A stretch of 64,000 nt of DNA from Octopus bimaculoides (lineage: Eukaryota), in assembly GCF_001194135.2 (NCBI RefSeq), contig NC_068993.1:12021260-12085259 (forward strand). The letters are read 5' to 3'. The notes under the pieces are model-generated. The model had not been told where the DNA came from. It did no database searches and saw nothing but the letters and a program-made list of their open reading frames with translations. Every line of letters starts with the position of its first letter. Positions within the stretch are counted from its first letter, which is position 1. The translations under genes were made by a program, and so were the position numbers. This document shows positions 25,845 to 40,620 of this stretch, piece after piece.

Positions 25845-27089
25845 AAAAAGATATATCTATAGCCTCATATGTGTACACAGTATTATTTACTATTAAATCT
25901 TAAACCAGAATGCAAACATTTATCACATGTTATATTATCTTCAGGATAATGGATATATAGTTTTGATAACACATTTCTTGACATTGCGCAAAACAACATA
26001 TAACTGCAACGAAAGGATACATACAACATTACATAACACAAACACAACATAGGTATACCAAGAAAATGAATGATGGAGCATTGTTGATCACCGGAAGTGT
26101 CTTGATAGCTAACCTGGGGTTGTAACAACAACATCACTAACAATCCACCAGTTAGATTGTTTCCTTCCTTCCTAAAATATCAGAATTCAATTGCACAATT
26201 ATTGGCTTGCATCAGCAGAAATCAGTTCAATAAATTTCATAAAATGGCCTTAACATATGATATGGATTTTATTATAACTATTTTTTGTATAATGCATTAA
26301 CTTATTCTCATTCCTGTCATTTCGTTTATCAACTTGCGTTCTGAGATGTATTTAATCGTGCACATTCGTAAGCTACTTAGATATTTTTTTTCAAGACATG
26401 GAATGCAATTTAGTTATACGCATATTGTATAAGTCTAAGAGAGTGGATATGCATATGTTTATGCCTGTAGGTTTCTCCTTTTTGTGTGCATGTAGTCATG
26501 TGTCGTGTATGAGAGGGATTTGTGCATGTGTGTAATTTCTAAAAGCATTTATGAGCTTTCAGTGTTAACAACATTTTATGGATTCAGAAGGGAAATTCAC
26601 ATATTTTAATGAAGTATTCACTAATATATATAAAAAAAAGACATTTTTCTCTAATGGTATAATACGTAGAAATCAGAAAGTATTGTATAAGTTGTAATGT
26701 TTTAATTTCCATATTGTTCAAGCAGAATGGTAATACAAGTAGAAGGAAAAGTTCTGATAATTATTTAATAGACTATTCTGATATTGAAAATCCATGCAAC
26801 CACAGTAAGTTGATGCCTTTCCAGGGAATGTTATTTCAAATTGCATATTTCTTTAACGTTTAGGTGTATATTTATGCTAATTGTCTAATGAATATCTAGA
26901 AATTCACCATATGCTGGTACACCAAAAATAACTATGAAATCGCTACTAAAGTATGACACATTCTTAGATCTCGTGACGTTTTGTGTTGTCATCTATTCAC
27001 CGAAAACATTGCTCTTCGCATCTTTTGCTTCTTGATTCCTATAGCCATTGGATTATGGCCAAGTAGAAACACCACGTTGAAGTATTCAG

Positions 27090-27230
27090 TCATATTTCAA
27101 GCCTGTTTCTTATTCAATCGTTGTCTCTTACGGAACCGCTATGCTGTCGAAGGTAAACAAACCATCATCGGTTATCAAGCAGTGACGGGCGCGAAACACA
27201 CCGTAAACACAAACCATCCCATGTATGTGT
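27090..27230 (-). mobile_element. SINE family A, 3' half (probably the same insertion as 27430-27601)
   Basis: gaaccgctatg...taaacaaaccatcatcggttatcaagcagtgacggg matches 6065-6125. Confidence 0.65.
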
Positions 27231-27279
27231 GTGTGTGTTCTCTCCATATTTTTTCGTTCTCTCTCCAATTTTTTTCCCT

Positions 27280-27420
27280 CTCATCTCTTCCCGTTGAAAA
27301 GCATAGACTCGGAATATCAAAAACTATTCCGTTCTTCCCGAACGTCAAACCGTCAAACTAATACACCTGCTTGTTGTTCCCTCAACTGTTTTCGTTTTTA
27401 GAAATCATGTTGTTTGAACT
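27280..27420 (+). mobile_element. Penelope-like terminal repeat fragment nested in a SINE
   Basis: ccgttgaaaagcatagactcggaatatcaaaaact.ttcc..ttcccgaacgtcaaac..taatacac aligns with the reverse complement of 43050-43145. Confidence 0.6.
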
Positions 27421-27429
27421 ATATATATA

Positions 27430-27601
27430 TGCTTTCAATTTCTCTCTACAAAATTTCATTCACAGAGGTTTGGCCGGCCTGTGTTTATAGGAGAAGACAG
27501 TCTCTCAAGATGCTGCGCAGCGGGACTGAAACCAAGACCCTCATGATCAAGAAACTAGATCCATATCTACCCAGCCGAGACTAACTAAGCCACTCCTGTA
27601 C
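27430..27601 (-). mobile_element. SINE family A, 5' half
   Basis: ttcattcacagaggtttggccggcc...ataggagaagaca...gcgcagcgggactgaaacc...aagccactcctg matches the other family A 5' halves. Confidence 0.7.
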
Positions 27602-28236
27602 CTCGGATAAGGGATTTTGAATTTTTTTTAAGCTCAACATTTCTTACAATTGAATCAGATTGTGAGGAAAATAATCATACATAAAAGATAGAGTGATAAA
27701 GCAGAAAACTAATAGGGAAAGCTTTGGAAAGAAACTGTTTGTTTTGAGTCACATTGTCGATGTAACTATCAGAGTTAATAAAAGAAAGGCGGACAATATT
27801 CAACTAGAAAACATTGGTTTAAAATCTCTAACTAAATCTTAATTAGTCTAGACAATGGATATAATGAATACTAATATGTCTTTATTCATCTTATTGCGAT
27901 TGCTATTTCTGTAAACAAAAAATAAACGAAAAAATTCTCTGGAATCTTAAAAGTTATTTTTTTGCAGCCTGCAATTTGTACACTTTAAATCCGAGTAATT
28001 AACTCTAGAAGATCTTATTACAGTTTAATTAACATAGCCCGAATTTTGGTGCTAAACATAAAAACACTTCCAATGCTCGGCGTTGCCTTCTTTTTTTTTT
28101 TTTTGGCTTTCATTGATATAAATTTTTTGAAATAGATTCAGCAGACAAAACTTAATTCAAGCAGTTTATATATATATATATATATATATACACTCGTATA
28201 TATATAAGTATTTATATGTGCGTCAGTGTGTACGAC

Positions 28237-28280
<44 letters not shown>

Positions 28281-28493
28281 CGTGCGTGCGCTCGCGTGTG
28301 TGTGTAGTGGAATCTTGATACGCTTCAACAAAATAATTCAGGTCATAATTTGTGGATTTGAGAGTAAGTGCGAAGTAACTTGATAATTAGGGCAGCCTGC
28401 TTTATATGGAGTAATTAAAACGAAATCACAATTTCGAAAACATGTGTCAGATTAGTTGTTTGGTTGTGAAGATCCCTTCGGATGTACTTTCAG

Positions 28494-28611
28494 TTCTAAT
28501 GCGTTGGCAGAGTACATTAAAGAATTGGCATCTACTTCGACCTCGAATTGGCCAACAATTTTGAGAAGAATTGTGCTGAAATATACAAGTGTAGTCATTT
28601 ATGATAAATAT
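28494..28611 (+). CDS. Unverified candidate internal exon (SNALAEYIKELASTSTSNWPTILRRIVLKYTSVVIYDKY)
   Basis: Acceptor gtactttcag, consensus donor AT|gtaagt, 118 nt, only one open frame. No recognised homology. Confidence 0.3.
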
Positions 28612-28749
28612 GTAAGTTTCATTGTGGGGGTATTTATGTGTTCCCGTCTGTGTTTATGGACATATGTGTATAGATACATAATTCAATTAAACAAACAATT
28701 CAAATAACATACATATACCCATTTCTCCACATTTTTTTTTGGAGGCAGT

Positions 28750-29135
28750 AGCCACGACAAGACACACATCATTCATTTCTCAGCACAAAGAAGCGATCCC
28801 CGTTCTATGCTCTGTTCAATGTATAGAACGGAACACCCAACATCAGCAGCAAGGCCCGACAGCATGGGCTGGTTTACCCCTACCGGATCATAGTAGTTCT
28901 GTACCCCTTTCAGCAACATCAAAATCCACTCATCCGTCCACAAACACTCTCCAAGCTTTCCTATCATTTATAAACGTTCTTGCCTCTGACACCCCAAAAC
29001 TTCTTACCCCCAAGTCTTTCCTCACTCCATCCTCCCCCACAAACCAAATCGGCCTCTGATTCTGCAGCCTACCACTTCAGCCATCATCACCCTCCTTACC
29101 ATCCGCTCCTCATCCATCCTCTCCATCTGGCCAAC
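28750..29135 (-). mobile_element. RTE-clade LINE 3' end relic
   Basis: The minus strand reads GQMERMDEERMVRRVMMAEVVGCRIRGRFG, matching the RTE C-terminal GHVERM..ER..KRV....V.G.R.RGRP motif; the remainder is presumed 3' UTR. Confidence 0.75.
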
Positions 29136-29264
29136 ATTCATCTATCCAATTTGGTTGTTAGTTTTTCTCTCATTCCTGCTCGTCTTCGCACTTCAACCTG
29201 TCTATCCGTGCCACACTAACCATAGCTCTCATAAACAAGGAGAGAAAAACACAGACACACGCAA

Positions 29265-29303
<39 letters not shown>

Positions 29304-29316
29304 CACNNNNNNNNNN

Positions 29317-29353
<37 letters not shown>

Positions 29354-29354
29354 C

Positions 29355-29432
29355 ACGACGGTCTTCTTTCAGTTTCCATCTACCAAATTTAGTCAGAAAT
29401 ATTTGGTCGACCTGAAGCTATAGTAGAGGACA
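29355..29432 (-). mobile_element. SINE family A, central fragment
   Basis: acgacggtcttctttcagtttccatctaccaaat...ttggtcgacctgaagctatagtagaggaca, directly after a (TA)n tract. Confidence 0.75.
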
Positions 29433-31020
29433 ATTTATATCGTATTTGATATAAACTACAAACCCAAGAAAGAATGACATCATCGATGCCGAAATTTATA
29501 ACACTACGACAATAAGAGAGGTAACGAAACATATGTTGTTTTTCGTCCGGTTTATATATATTCTTTGAAAACGAATTCTGCTTATAGCATGACTCGTACA
29601 TTATTTATAAAACCTTTGGTTACTGCAACGTCATTCAATATCGCTATTTGGTACTCGTAAACAAATACTGTACCATATGTGAGCAAGCAGTCTTCTATTT
29701 CTTTAGCTGCACTGAGTAAAGGTAACACTGAAGATTAAAAGTTGATAGGAATGTGCATTTAATCAACAAAAGCATTAACTGTTACGATATTTTGGGTGTC
29801 AATGTGCAGGAGCGCAACTCTATTCTCCAGATCAAAGTGACAAAATGAAAACTTATATATTCTAGTTTCAGATTTAACGATAAAAACAATGGTTCCGGAA
29901 TAAATTACGTCGATTAATTTTGTTTCTTTTTTTATGATAGACACAATGCTTCACGAATCTGGATTGTGAATTAAGTCCTATGTTTTTAAATATTACAGTT
30001 AGTTCTAATAAACACAAACACGTTCAAGAAATAATCCTGTCTTTTCCTCAGTGAATGCTTTGAACTGCACTTTAATAGTGACCAAATATTGAGGGAACCT
30101 CTTTGTTGTCGCATGGTGCGTTAAACAATACGGTTAAATCTTCCTCGAATTACAGCGTATTTTCTTAAACTGCAAAGTAGATTGTATTACGTATTTCTCG
30201 TTGGTGCTAAAAAGAGCATAAATGTAATTGGACAAAGGTCAACCTAATCAGTTTTAACCTTAGGCTAAAAAGCAACAACAATAAAGTTTATAACGTTTTT
30301 GAGGGACCTGATAATAATTTTAGCTATTTCTACATTTAGAATCATTTAGAATCTTCTAAAAAAAAAGGTAGAGAACAATTTTAATAACAGAACACAAGAG
30401 AATCTACTTAAGTTAATGTTCACTAAATAGATAATACACTTACATTATCTATTTACGTATAATGTTAGGACTAAAGAAATATAAGAAAAGAGAATCCATA
30501 AGAGGAAGTGTGATTAGAGTAGTGTAAACAAGATAATTGTGACATCTGAAATGAACCGGAACAAGAGAGAAATTTTGTCTCTATGGTTAATTATATTTTT
30601 ATCATAAAATTCTGTGCATTTAAGATAAGTTAGAAATTGGGAGATAGATAAGAGAAAGAAATACGAAATGAAAGAAACATCTAAATAAAAATATTAAAAA
30701 AAAATAGAAAGTAGAGAATTTACGAATATATTAGGAGAAACAAACGAAAAGAGAAAACATTAATATACATAGGAATGAGAAATGTGGAGGGAAAGAGTGA
30801 GAGAGAGAAAGACATACACACGTAGATGTGTATGATATTAAGGTTACAAGTATAAAAAATACTCCAGGAATAAACACAACATTTAATGCTTTTAACGGGT
30901 TATTGGTAAGGTACCTATACTTCGGAGGTTTACATCTTTTTATAAGTTTTATCAAGAGTACAACAAACCTTCAGGCACAGGCGAGTAAGGCTTGGTAAAT
31001 TTATCTGTCGACGGGAGCCG

Positions 31021-31063
<43 letters not shown>

Positions 31064-32689
31064 CTCCTTCGCCCACCGACTTACATTCGGGACATAAGAG
31101 TTAGAGATAGATTAGGTCGCAACAATACTCGATTCGGTATCATTATTCAGGTCACAGTATATGAAGAGAGTATCCCTTCCTGAGCGGCATAAGGCACTGT
31201 TCGGTCCAGAATATAAGCCACCCCATACAAACAAGTTTGATATCAGTATATTTTCAAAATATTGCCTTCTCAAACAATGAAATCTTAGTCAGTTCCTTAG
31301 TCCTCAGTCGATTTACGTCAACAGTAAGGAAAAAGTTGGAAAAAATATTATCGGTTTCTTTTAATTCTCAGAAATCTGATCCTAATTTTCCATGATGATT
31401 TTGTTACTTTTCTAGACGTATAACGTTACTGTTAATGAAAGAATAATGATGAAAGCGATTTACTGAATTCAAACAGAAGATAAAAATACCAACGATACTT
31501 TATTTTGGTTTCGAATAAACCTGTAAATTTATGTGGAATGTTCAACTTCTTTTTACTACCAGCAATGTTAAAAAATTGAAGATAATTATATCCTCACCCA
31601 TTAATTTAAAGAGGGACGTGGATTCAATTTGCAGACAACGAAGCTTATATCCTTAGGCGCTCCGCGTTCCATGCATGAAGTTGTTAATATAAGTAAGAAG
31701 AAAACGGAAATATAATTTTAAAAAGTAACCATAATTTAAAGATATGTTTTTTGAGTAAAATTTTGATGAAAAGTTGAAGAGAAAACGCTATAAAGATAAA
31801 AAGCTGTGGGAGAGAGAAAAAGAGAAAACATACATGCATACATACATACATACATACATACATACATACACACATACAAAGATACATGTATTCATTCATA
31901 TGCATCAATGCATGTGCTTGCTTATGTGCGTGTATATCTGTGTATGCATGTATGTATGTAATTTTTTATGTGTGTATGTATGTTATATGCATGTAGGCAG
32001 GCAGGCAGTTAGGTAGGTAGGTAGGTAAAATATAGGCATAAAGAAGCTATGAAGCTAGAATGAGAAATAAGGAAAACTATTATGCGTGGGACCACGAAAA
32101 TAAATGAGGAAAGAGGTAAATACAAGACAGAAACCGCTGTGAATGACTCTAGGCTGTTGCACAAACTTCTATAAATATCAGCTTCCTCAATTATTACTCT
32201 GTCGTCTTAAAGATAGTTAAATATACATAAGAGACCAGTACTGAATATACGTGGAAAAAGACTAGAGGTTGGTAAATGTGTGAATACCGGTCAAAAGTTG
32301 TATGCTTCACACACTGAAATATTCTCAGTATATACGAACAGCCAGGTGATAGTAGAAGGTATGAAATCTAAGGAACGGCATTTGTAACACCTGTAATTGA
32401 TAAATGACTAACAAAATTTTCAGAATTATTCCAGCAACAAAAATATACTATTTAAAATATTAGAAATAACGGAAACAAAAATTAAAGTTATTTGTGGAAA
32501 AACAATACACATAACTGACTAATACCAAAAATGGATTTTGGTATTCACAAAAGATCAGTAATTTTAATCTATATATACCCCTGAGATGTGCAGCATTACC
32601 AAAAATAACAATAGGGCGTGCCGTTCTTATATCCCTGCAGAAAATCTGCATCAAATGTTGCTTAAAGCTAACCAAAGCTTACACAAAGT

Positions 32690-33240
32690 TTTAAAAATAT
32701 TTTCATCGTTCTTGACACACTCAAGGAGATCTTGTACAACTAAACCCGAATGTCTTTTTGGTCAGCTGAAAGCAGTATTGGCACAAACGTGGCAGACACG
32801 GTTCTTATACCCAAATCTTCAGTGATACTGGACTGAATTGAACCGTAACTGATCTGCACATCCTCTGATAGCTCAAACACAGTGATTAGACGATTTCTTC
32901 TCACAACTGCACGCACATCTGCAATATCTTTCTCAGTTCTGCTGGTTGCGTGTCTCGCAGAATGTTCATCAATATTCACATTTTTTGGCCATCTTGGAAA
33001 CGTCAGAACCACTCGTACACTTGTATGCACCTCATACACTCCTCACCATACACTTTCTGCAACTTTGCGTAGGCCTCTCAGCAAGAAGCTCCATGAAAAC
33101 TTTATCTGTCATGGTCAATGTGACAATCACACGCTACATATCTTCCTTCCAAGCAATGCTGTAAACTGCGGAAATGAGTTAGAACATTAAAACATAGTTC
33201 GCTAGCACAACAGAGGTTCAGGTCAATTTGTGCCAAGCGG
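32690..33240 (-). mobile_element. Mariner transposase relic, N-terminal HTH half
   Basis: ATG near 33112, LQKVYGEECM..QVYEWF..FQDG, DVRAVVRRNRLITVFELSEDVQISYGSIQSSITEDLGIRTVSATFVPILLSADQK, DLLECVKNDENIF. Confidence 0.9.
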
Positions 33241-33742
33241 CTTTATACTGCCTGCTCTACCTTCGTTACGATGGCAACATGTGTTATATGTGATATACTT
33301 TATTGCGTTTTATAACAGCTGCTATTCCCCCAGTTCGTGGTAAAATTGTCTTGCATGAAAAGTCTTTGGTGCACAAACGTCTGGTGATCACTAATATAAC
33401 ATACGTAATAACTGTTAATGAATGTACATATGTTACATATAGTATTCGAATACAAATGAACACCACACATTAATGCAGTCTTTGAAAATAATATCCACAA
33501 AACAAAAATTATAATAATTATTATATTTGTACCACAGCGACCTCACCAATTATCACAGCTCCATAAGTAAGGCAACCAAATTGTAATACGTTTAAAACGA
33601 CCTTAATTTCCAAAAAACTTCATTGAAGTTGGCGCTACTTTTAGTTCCAGCGTTACAGAGATGAACAATTGTAACATGAAATATCATCTCTTAACACAAA
33701 TCACACGACCAGATAGACAGATAGAGAGAGAGAGAGACAAAG

Positions 33743-33773
<31 letters not shown>

Positions 33774-34776
33774 GAGATAGCTAGTTAGATAGATAGATAG
33801 ATAGATAGATAGAAAAATCTGACTGTTCGTCTGTTTGTTTATCTGTATGTTTATCTCTCTGTCTATTTATCTATCATTCTTTCTATGAGTAAGTGCTGTG
33901 TGTTTTATTCTTTCTTCTTTTTCTGTGTTAATGAGACACAAAGTAGAAGTAGAAAGAGAAATAGATAGGTAGAGAGAGAGAGACAGAGAGAGATAAATAG
34001 AGATATTGAGGAAGTGTGTCTATATACATAAGCATTTGTGCGTTTAGACATGTGGACATTAATAGAAAAGTTATAGGTGATATACGTATGCACGTGTGTT
34101 TGAATAAATATTTGTATGTAGATGCCTAAAAATGCATAAGAAATGCAAGATGTAGTCAAAGACAAAGAGATGCAAAGGAGGGACTGAGAAAGAGAGTAGG
34201 ATGAGTAGAGATGCAATGGAAGGGGAAAAGGGAGAAAAAGATAGAAAAGGAGTCTTTTCAAACACTTAAAACGCTTGTATGTTAAATGAAATAACGGACA
34301 GGAAAATAATTATGGAAATTGAATAAGGTAAAGGAGATATATGCATATATGCTTGTGTGCTTATATATATANNNNNNNNNNNNNNNNNNNNNNNNNNNNN
34401 NNNNNNNNNNNNNNNNNNNNNNNNNNNNNNNNNNNNNNNNNNNNNNNNNNNNNNNNNNNNNNNNNNNNNNNNNNNNNNNNNNNNNNNNNNNNNNNNNNNN
34501 NNNNNNNNNNNNNNNNNNNNNNNNNNNNNNNNNNNNNNNNNNNNNNNNNNNNNNNNNNNNNNNNNNNNNNNNNNNNNNNNNNNNNNNNNNNNNNNNNNNN
34601 NNNNNNNNNNNNNNNNNNNNNNNNNNNNNNNNNNNNNNNNNNNNNNNNNNNNNNNNNNNNNNNNNNNNNNNNNNNNNNNNNNNNNNNNNNNNNNNNNNNN
34701 NNNNNNNNNNNNNNNNNNNNNNNNNNNNNNNNNNNNNNNNNNNNNNNNNNNNNNNNNNNNNNNNNNNNNNNNNNNN

Positions 34777-34812
<36 letters not shown>

Positions 34813-35064
34813 GTTCGTCGATACACATATACACAAACGCACTACAAATATATATGTATATATATGTATATAAATATATATATATGTATATGTATATGTA
34901 TATAAATATATATATGTATATGTATATGTATATATATGACACTGCATAATAATTTGATAGATGCGACGGGCGTGAAGGTGGTGAAAGCTACATATGAATA
35001 AGAACAGGGGCGACAAAAACTACTATTACGACTGCTAGAACGTAAGCAGCAATCAGCCCTACTG

Positions 35065-35112
<48 letters not shown>
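35065..35112. repeat. (AAC)n microsatellite
   Basis: Seen directly. Confidence 0.95.
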
Positions 35113-35383
35113 CAACAGCAACAACACAAACAATGACAACACCAACTACAAAAAAGTAAAGGAACAACACCATAATATCTATTAAATGGAAATTGAACAG
35201 CTTAATGACGACGGCAATAGTCTGAGTTGAAGAGACGGTTTCTAAATAGCTTTGCCAAAATCATCGAAGCATAAAGAACGGTAACACTTAGCTGTCGTTA
35301 CAGTTGACTTATTATAATGTCTAGCATTGACGACGTATTAAGCATAATTGGTGATCATTTGTAGTTGTGCGTTTAAATTTAGT

Positions 35384-35422
<39 letters not shown>

Positions 35423-36030
35423 ATATAAATATATANNNNNNNNNNATATATATATATATATATATACATATATGTATATATATATACACATATATCTATA
35501 TATTGTAGATACATATATATTTATGCATATATGTATGCATGTATATACTACGTTTTCATATTTAGAATTTTGATTTTTATAATTGAATAAGATTTAAGAA
35601 GCAATATATAAATACACCTATATTTATATATAGTGTGTACATTAACAACAGGGTGCGTAAACGTATTCACACTTGTATATACGTATGCATATTCTTCTAT
35701 AGATTGAGATATTCATATACATATATATGTATATATATGTATATATATATATNNNNNNNNNNNNNNNNNNNNNNNNNNNNNNNNNNNNNNNNNNNNNNNN
35801 NNNNNNNNNNNNNNNNNNNNNNNNNNNNNNNNNNNNNNNNNNNNNNNNNNNNNNNNNNNNNNNNNNNNNNNNNNNNNNNNNNNNNNNNNNNNNNNNNNNN
35901 NNNNNNNNNNNNNNNNNNNNNNNNNNNNNNNNNNNNNNNNNNNNNNNNNNNNNNNNNNNNNNNNNNNNNNNNATATATGCATATGTACACGCATATGTAT
36001 CGATCTTTTTCTGTATTTTTCAGTGTGTTT

Positions 36031-36076
<46 letters not shown>

Positions 36077-38669
36077 ATCTATCTATCTATCTACTTAACG
36101 CATCCATGCATGCGTACATACATACATACATACATCCATATGTATGCATCTACGTAAATTATGACATGCTTTCGCATTCAGGTATATACGAGTATATAAA
36201 TTATGGAAGAGGATTTGTGAACAATTGACTCCAGGCCAAGATAGATTCTTGTACATATTGCGTAGACTCGACAGTTCATCTTGTCTCTCCTTTTCGTGTA
36301 GAGAGGAAAGTGCCTTACATATTCTCGTAAATCTTGTCTTATATATAAGTATTGTTATTTATCAAAGAAAACACTCATAGTTTAAATTGTATGTGTTACG
36401 AAATCAAAGATGCCCGATGCATCATCAAGAGAAATATACTAGCCAGGATGAAAATGTATTTTACTTTGAGGAAGAAAAGAGTATAACTGCAGGAGAATTG
36501 ATCCTAATAGAACGATTGAAAATGACACGATCTCAGGAAAGCAAAAGACCACCAGCTTTGTGAGGAATCGTAAAAGAAAAAAAATCTAATTAAAGTAATA
36601 TATATACATGGACGAGTTACTAACGAAAGTGTACGATGAAATATAGCATATATAGTCGACTTCATATACTACATAGCTTTTCTGCTGGTGTTAAATAACA
36701 TATAACATATGTAAATGACTTATATAAATGACTTCATATACTGAAAGCCTCAGTGGATATTTTTACTGTTAAAGAGAGAAAGAAATGTCAGGGATAAAAG
36801 CCTGTGGGGTAATGGAGATTTTAGACTCAACAGAGACCTCTGAAGGATAAACGCAAGAAGTCTAGGAAGGATTGATGCAATAACTGTAAACAAAATTGGT
36901 GAAAGATAAGACACAGATTCCACAAATATTTTTCTTGTCCGTGATTTCATGTAACATACAAACGTTTTAAGTGTTTGAAAAGATTCTTTTTGTATTTTTT
37001 CTACCTTTTTCCTTCCATTGAATCTCTACTCAGCTTCGATCGCCAAAACTTGATAAAATTAGACATAAAAATTACAGGGAGCTAAAGTGGAAATGAGACA
37101 AAAATATCAAAACAATGTCAGGTTAAAATAACGATACTAACAAAAACATAAACACATATCAGGCAGATACTTCGGAAAGACGAATAGAAATATTACCAAC
37201 AGTTTAAGAAATGTATAGGATCACCAGGGTAATGATGTTCCAAATGATGAAACAGCACTAACTTAGGGCATCTACATGGAGCAAATAGATTCAACACGGT
37301 ATAAGCTGACTAGTTTTAGAAATATAAATCTGAAACAGAAAGTAGTTCAAAGCAGGTGAATTAGGAAGATGCTCATCCTGCACGACCCCAAGAAATGAAA
37401 GACGTAAAGGATTGGTAAACGTAGTATTGTGATATTGGATTGGTACCTAATGAAGAAAGAAGGCTATGTCTAAAGATATTTAAGAAAATTACTGAAAGAG
37501 CTGCATTCAGGAAATGGAGAAAGAACGACACGAATAATTGCAAATCTATCATCCTACCATTAGTATGAAAAAAGCTGTAGAGCTGGTAGAATCGATATAT
37601 ATATACATACATACATACGTATATATATATATATATATATATATNNNNNNNNNNNNNNNNNNNNNNNNNNNNNNNNNNNNNNNNNNNNNNNNNNNNNNNN
37701 NNNNNNNNNNNNNNNNNNNNNNNNNNNNNNNNNNNNNNNNNNNNNNNNNNNNNNNNNNNNNNNNNNNNNNNNNNNNNNNNNNNNNNNNNNNNNNNNNNNN
37801 NNNNNNNNNNNNNNNNNNNNNNNNNNNNNNNNNNNNNNNNNNNNNNNNNNNNNNNNNNNNNNNNNNNNNNNNNNNNNNNNNNNNNNNNNNNNNNNNNNNN
37901 NNNNNNNNNNNNNNNNNNNNNNNNNNNNNNNNNNNNNNNNNNNNNNNATGGGGGTGGGTATATGTGTGTAGCTGCATACATATGTCTTTACGAATATACA
38001 TACGCTAGTGGCGTAACAACAGTTTATGTCTTCAAAGTTTTTTTGAGAAGCGTTTGGTAATCCGTCGGCCATATCTTTGCGTATTATATTTTCTGCTTTC
38101 TGATAAAGATTACAGAATCCACAAAGCGCCGTGCGCCTGAATCCTAATATTTAATTGAGCATTTAATATTAATAGTTGCGTTTAAGATATACAAATAAAA
38201 GGGACATCGAGAAAAGCTTGAATATAAGATTGTAATTTAAACTTTAATTTTGTAAAAGGTACAGAACACTAATATATCGTAGTGTGTTTATTCGCGCAAC
38301 CACCACTCTAGATGACAGAAAAAAAACGAAAATCAGAGAGCAGTGCAATTACAGTATAAGATGACATGGAGGAAAAGCGTTCTAAATGTAATGTGAGAGG
38401 AATAACTGGTTAAGACATAAACTAGAGAAAAATGTTTGAACGTTGGATATTAATGGCGGGAAAAAGAAAATTAACAGAATTACAGAATAGAAAATATTTT
38501 AGGTAAGCTCTGAAGCTCAAAGTAATCAATGGGATAGACATAGTAGAATGAGTGAAACGTGTCGATAGAGAAGGTGAAAATGAGAGTGAGAGAAGGAGAG
38601 AAAAAGAGACAGACAGAGAAATTTGTAGCAATGATTTAGTTGTCTTTTCTGTGCTGTAAACAGATTGAG

Positions 38670-38744
<75 letters not shown>

Positions 38745-39465
38745 TATTTATTTATCTATCTATNNNNNNNNNNNNNNNNNNNNNNNNNNNNNNNNNNNNN
38801 NNNNNNNNNNNNNNNNNNNNNNNNNNNNNNNNNNNNNNNNNNNNNNNNNNNNNNNNNNNNNNNNNNNNNNNNNNNNNNNNNNNNNNNNNNNNNNNNNNNN
38901 NNNNNNNNNNNNNNNNNNNNNNNNNNNNNNNNNNNNNNNNNNNNNNNNNNNNNNNNNNNNNNNNNNNNNNNNNNNNNNNNNNNNNNNNNNNNNNNNNNNN
39001 NNNNNNNNNNNNNNNNNNNNNNNNNNNNNNNNNNNNNNNNNNNNNNNNNNNNNNNNNNNNNNNNNNNNNNNNNNNNNNNNNNNNNNNNNNNNNNNNNNNN
39101 NNNNNNNNNNNNNNNNNNNNNNNNNNNNNNNNNNNNNNNNNNNNNNNNNNNNNNNNNNNNNNNNNNNNNNNNNNNNNNNNNNNNNNNNNNNNNNNNNNNN
39201 NNNNNNNNNNNNNNNNNNNNNNNNNNNNNNNNNNNNNNNNNNNNNNNNNNNNNNNNNNNNNNNNNNNNNNNNNNNNNNNNNNNNNNNNNNNNNNNNNNNN
39301 NNNNNNNNNNNNNNNNNNNNNNNNNNNNNNNNNNNNNNNNNNNNNNNNNNNNNNNNNNNNNNNNNNNNNNNNNNNNNNNNNNNNNNNNNNNNNNNNNNNN
39401 NNNNNNNNNNNNNNNNNNNNNNNNNNNNNNNNNNNNNNNNNNNNNNNNNNNNNNNNNNNNNNNNN

Positions 39466-39498
<33 letters not shown>

Positions 39499-39590
39499 CA
39501 TATGTAGACACAGACGCAAGCATGAAGATAGACACACCTATTTACACGCAGAAAGTGAGAAAGAGAGGGAGACATAGAGAAATAAAGAGC

Positions 39591-39622
<32 letters not shown>

Positions 39623-39989
39623 CAGAGACAAGCATAAATTGAACAGGTGAGTGGGACAGAAGGTGAAACGCCTACAGAGACAATCAGAAGACGATAAATT
39701 TCCCAGTTGTCTCACAACATGACGTTTATGATGTTAATTAGGCGGGAGATAATGAACTATTATTAACACCACCAAGACAACAACAACAGCAACAACAACA
39801 TCGACGACAATGACGGCAGTGACGACGACGACGTCGACGAATTCAGCATTAACACCAACAACTAAAACTGCAACAATTGCCTGTACAGGTTTACTCTCAG
39901 TACTATTAATAGTGCTACAGACTATAGTGAGACCGTATATTATTGACAGAATGTAATATATTTTGGTAGAGAAGTGTAGTGAATTGAAG

Positions 39990-40620
39990 CAATGCTCAGT
40001 TCTTTTCGAAGTGTATCAAATCAGTTACTAGGGACCCGCAAGAAAAATTGGGGATGCTTCCTTCACAGGGTGGTGCTCGCAGTGATCAGATAGTTGCTGC
40101 CGTTTTTGCCAGATCTTCTTGCTTACTTTCGGTAAATCTCCATAAAAGCATTCCTTTGTGACATGTTGCTGCCATTTCTTATTTAGGGCCATTCGTAGCA
40201 TCCGTGTGTAGCATCCATTTAACCTGTTCGTTAAATTTTCTTTTTTTTTTCTTTTTTTGATGATATGAGATGTACGAGGGATCGATCAGTAATTCTCTGT
40301 CACCAATTCCCTTGCCCTTTTTCTGGAAAACTTGGGTCAATTGGGTGGGATAGGAAACTATCGGGTACCTAGCCAACGTCCTGCGATTTCTTCCAGAGAA
40401 TATCTAATGGGAATTCTAGTTGATGCCTGCACTCCTTCTGGATTCAAAAGGAGACCCTACTGTGACTTGCATTTTATTTATATCTGCTATGAATTCCGGG
40501 GCGCTAAATGATATATCAGTTGGGTATGCTGATAAATTGTTGAGATCGTCTTCAGCACCACTATCCACAGCGGTGTTTTCATCAATCAGATTTCCAATGG
40601 ATGAGACAGTGACATGATAC
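39990..40620 (-). mobile_element. RTE-clade LINE relic with internal deletion
   Basis: Minus strand LNGCYTRMLRMALNKKWQQHVTKECFYGDLPKVSKKIWQKRQQLSDHCEHHP (RTE C-terminus). Upstream FQKKG...ENY*SIP resembles the start of the RT domain (PKKG...NYRPI); that upstream part is less certain. Confidence 0.75.

Noticed and set aside
29707-29721. 15-nt micro-exon-like segment (tttctttag|CTGCACTGAGTAAAG|gtaaca)
   Set aside because: Expected by chance in about 55 kb of AT-rich DNA; cannot be supported without reads.
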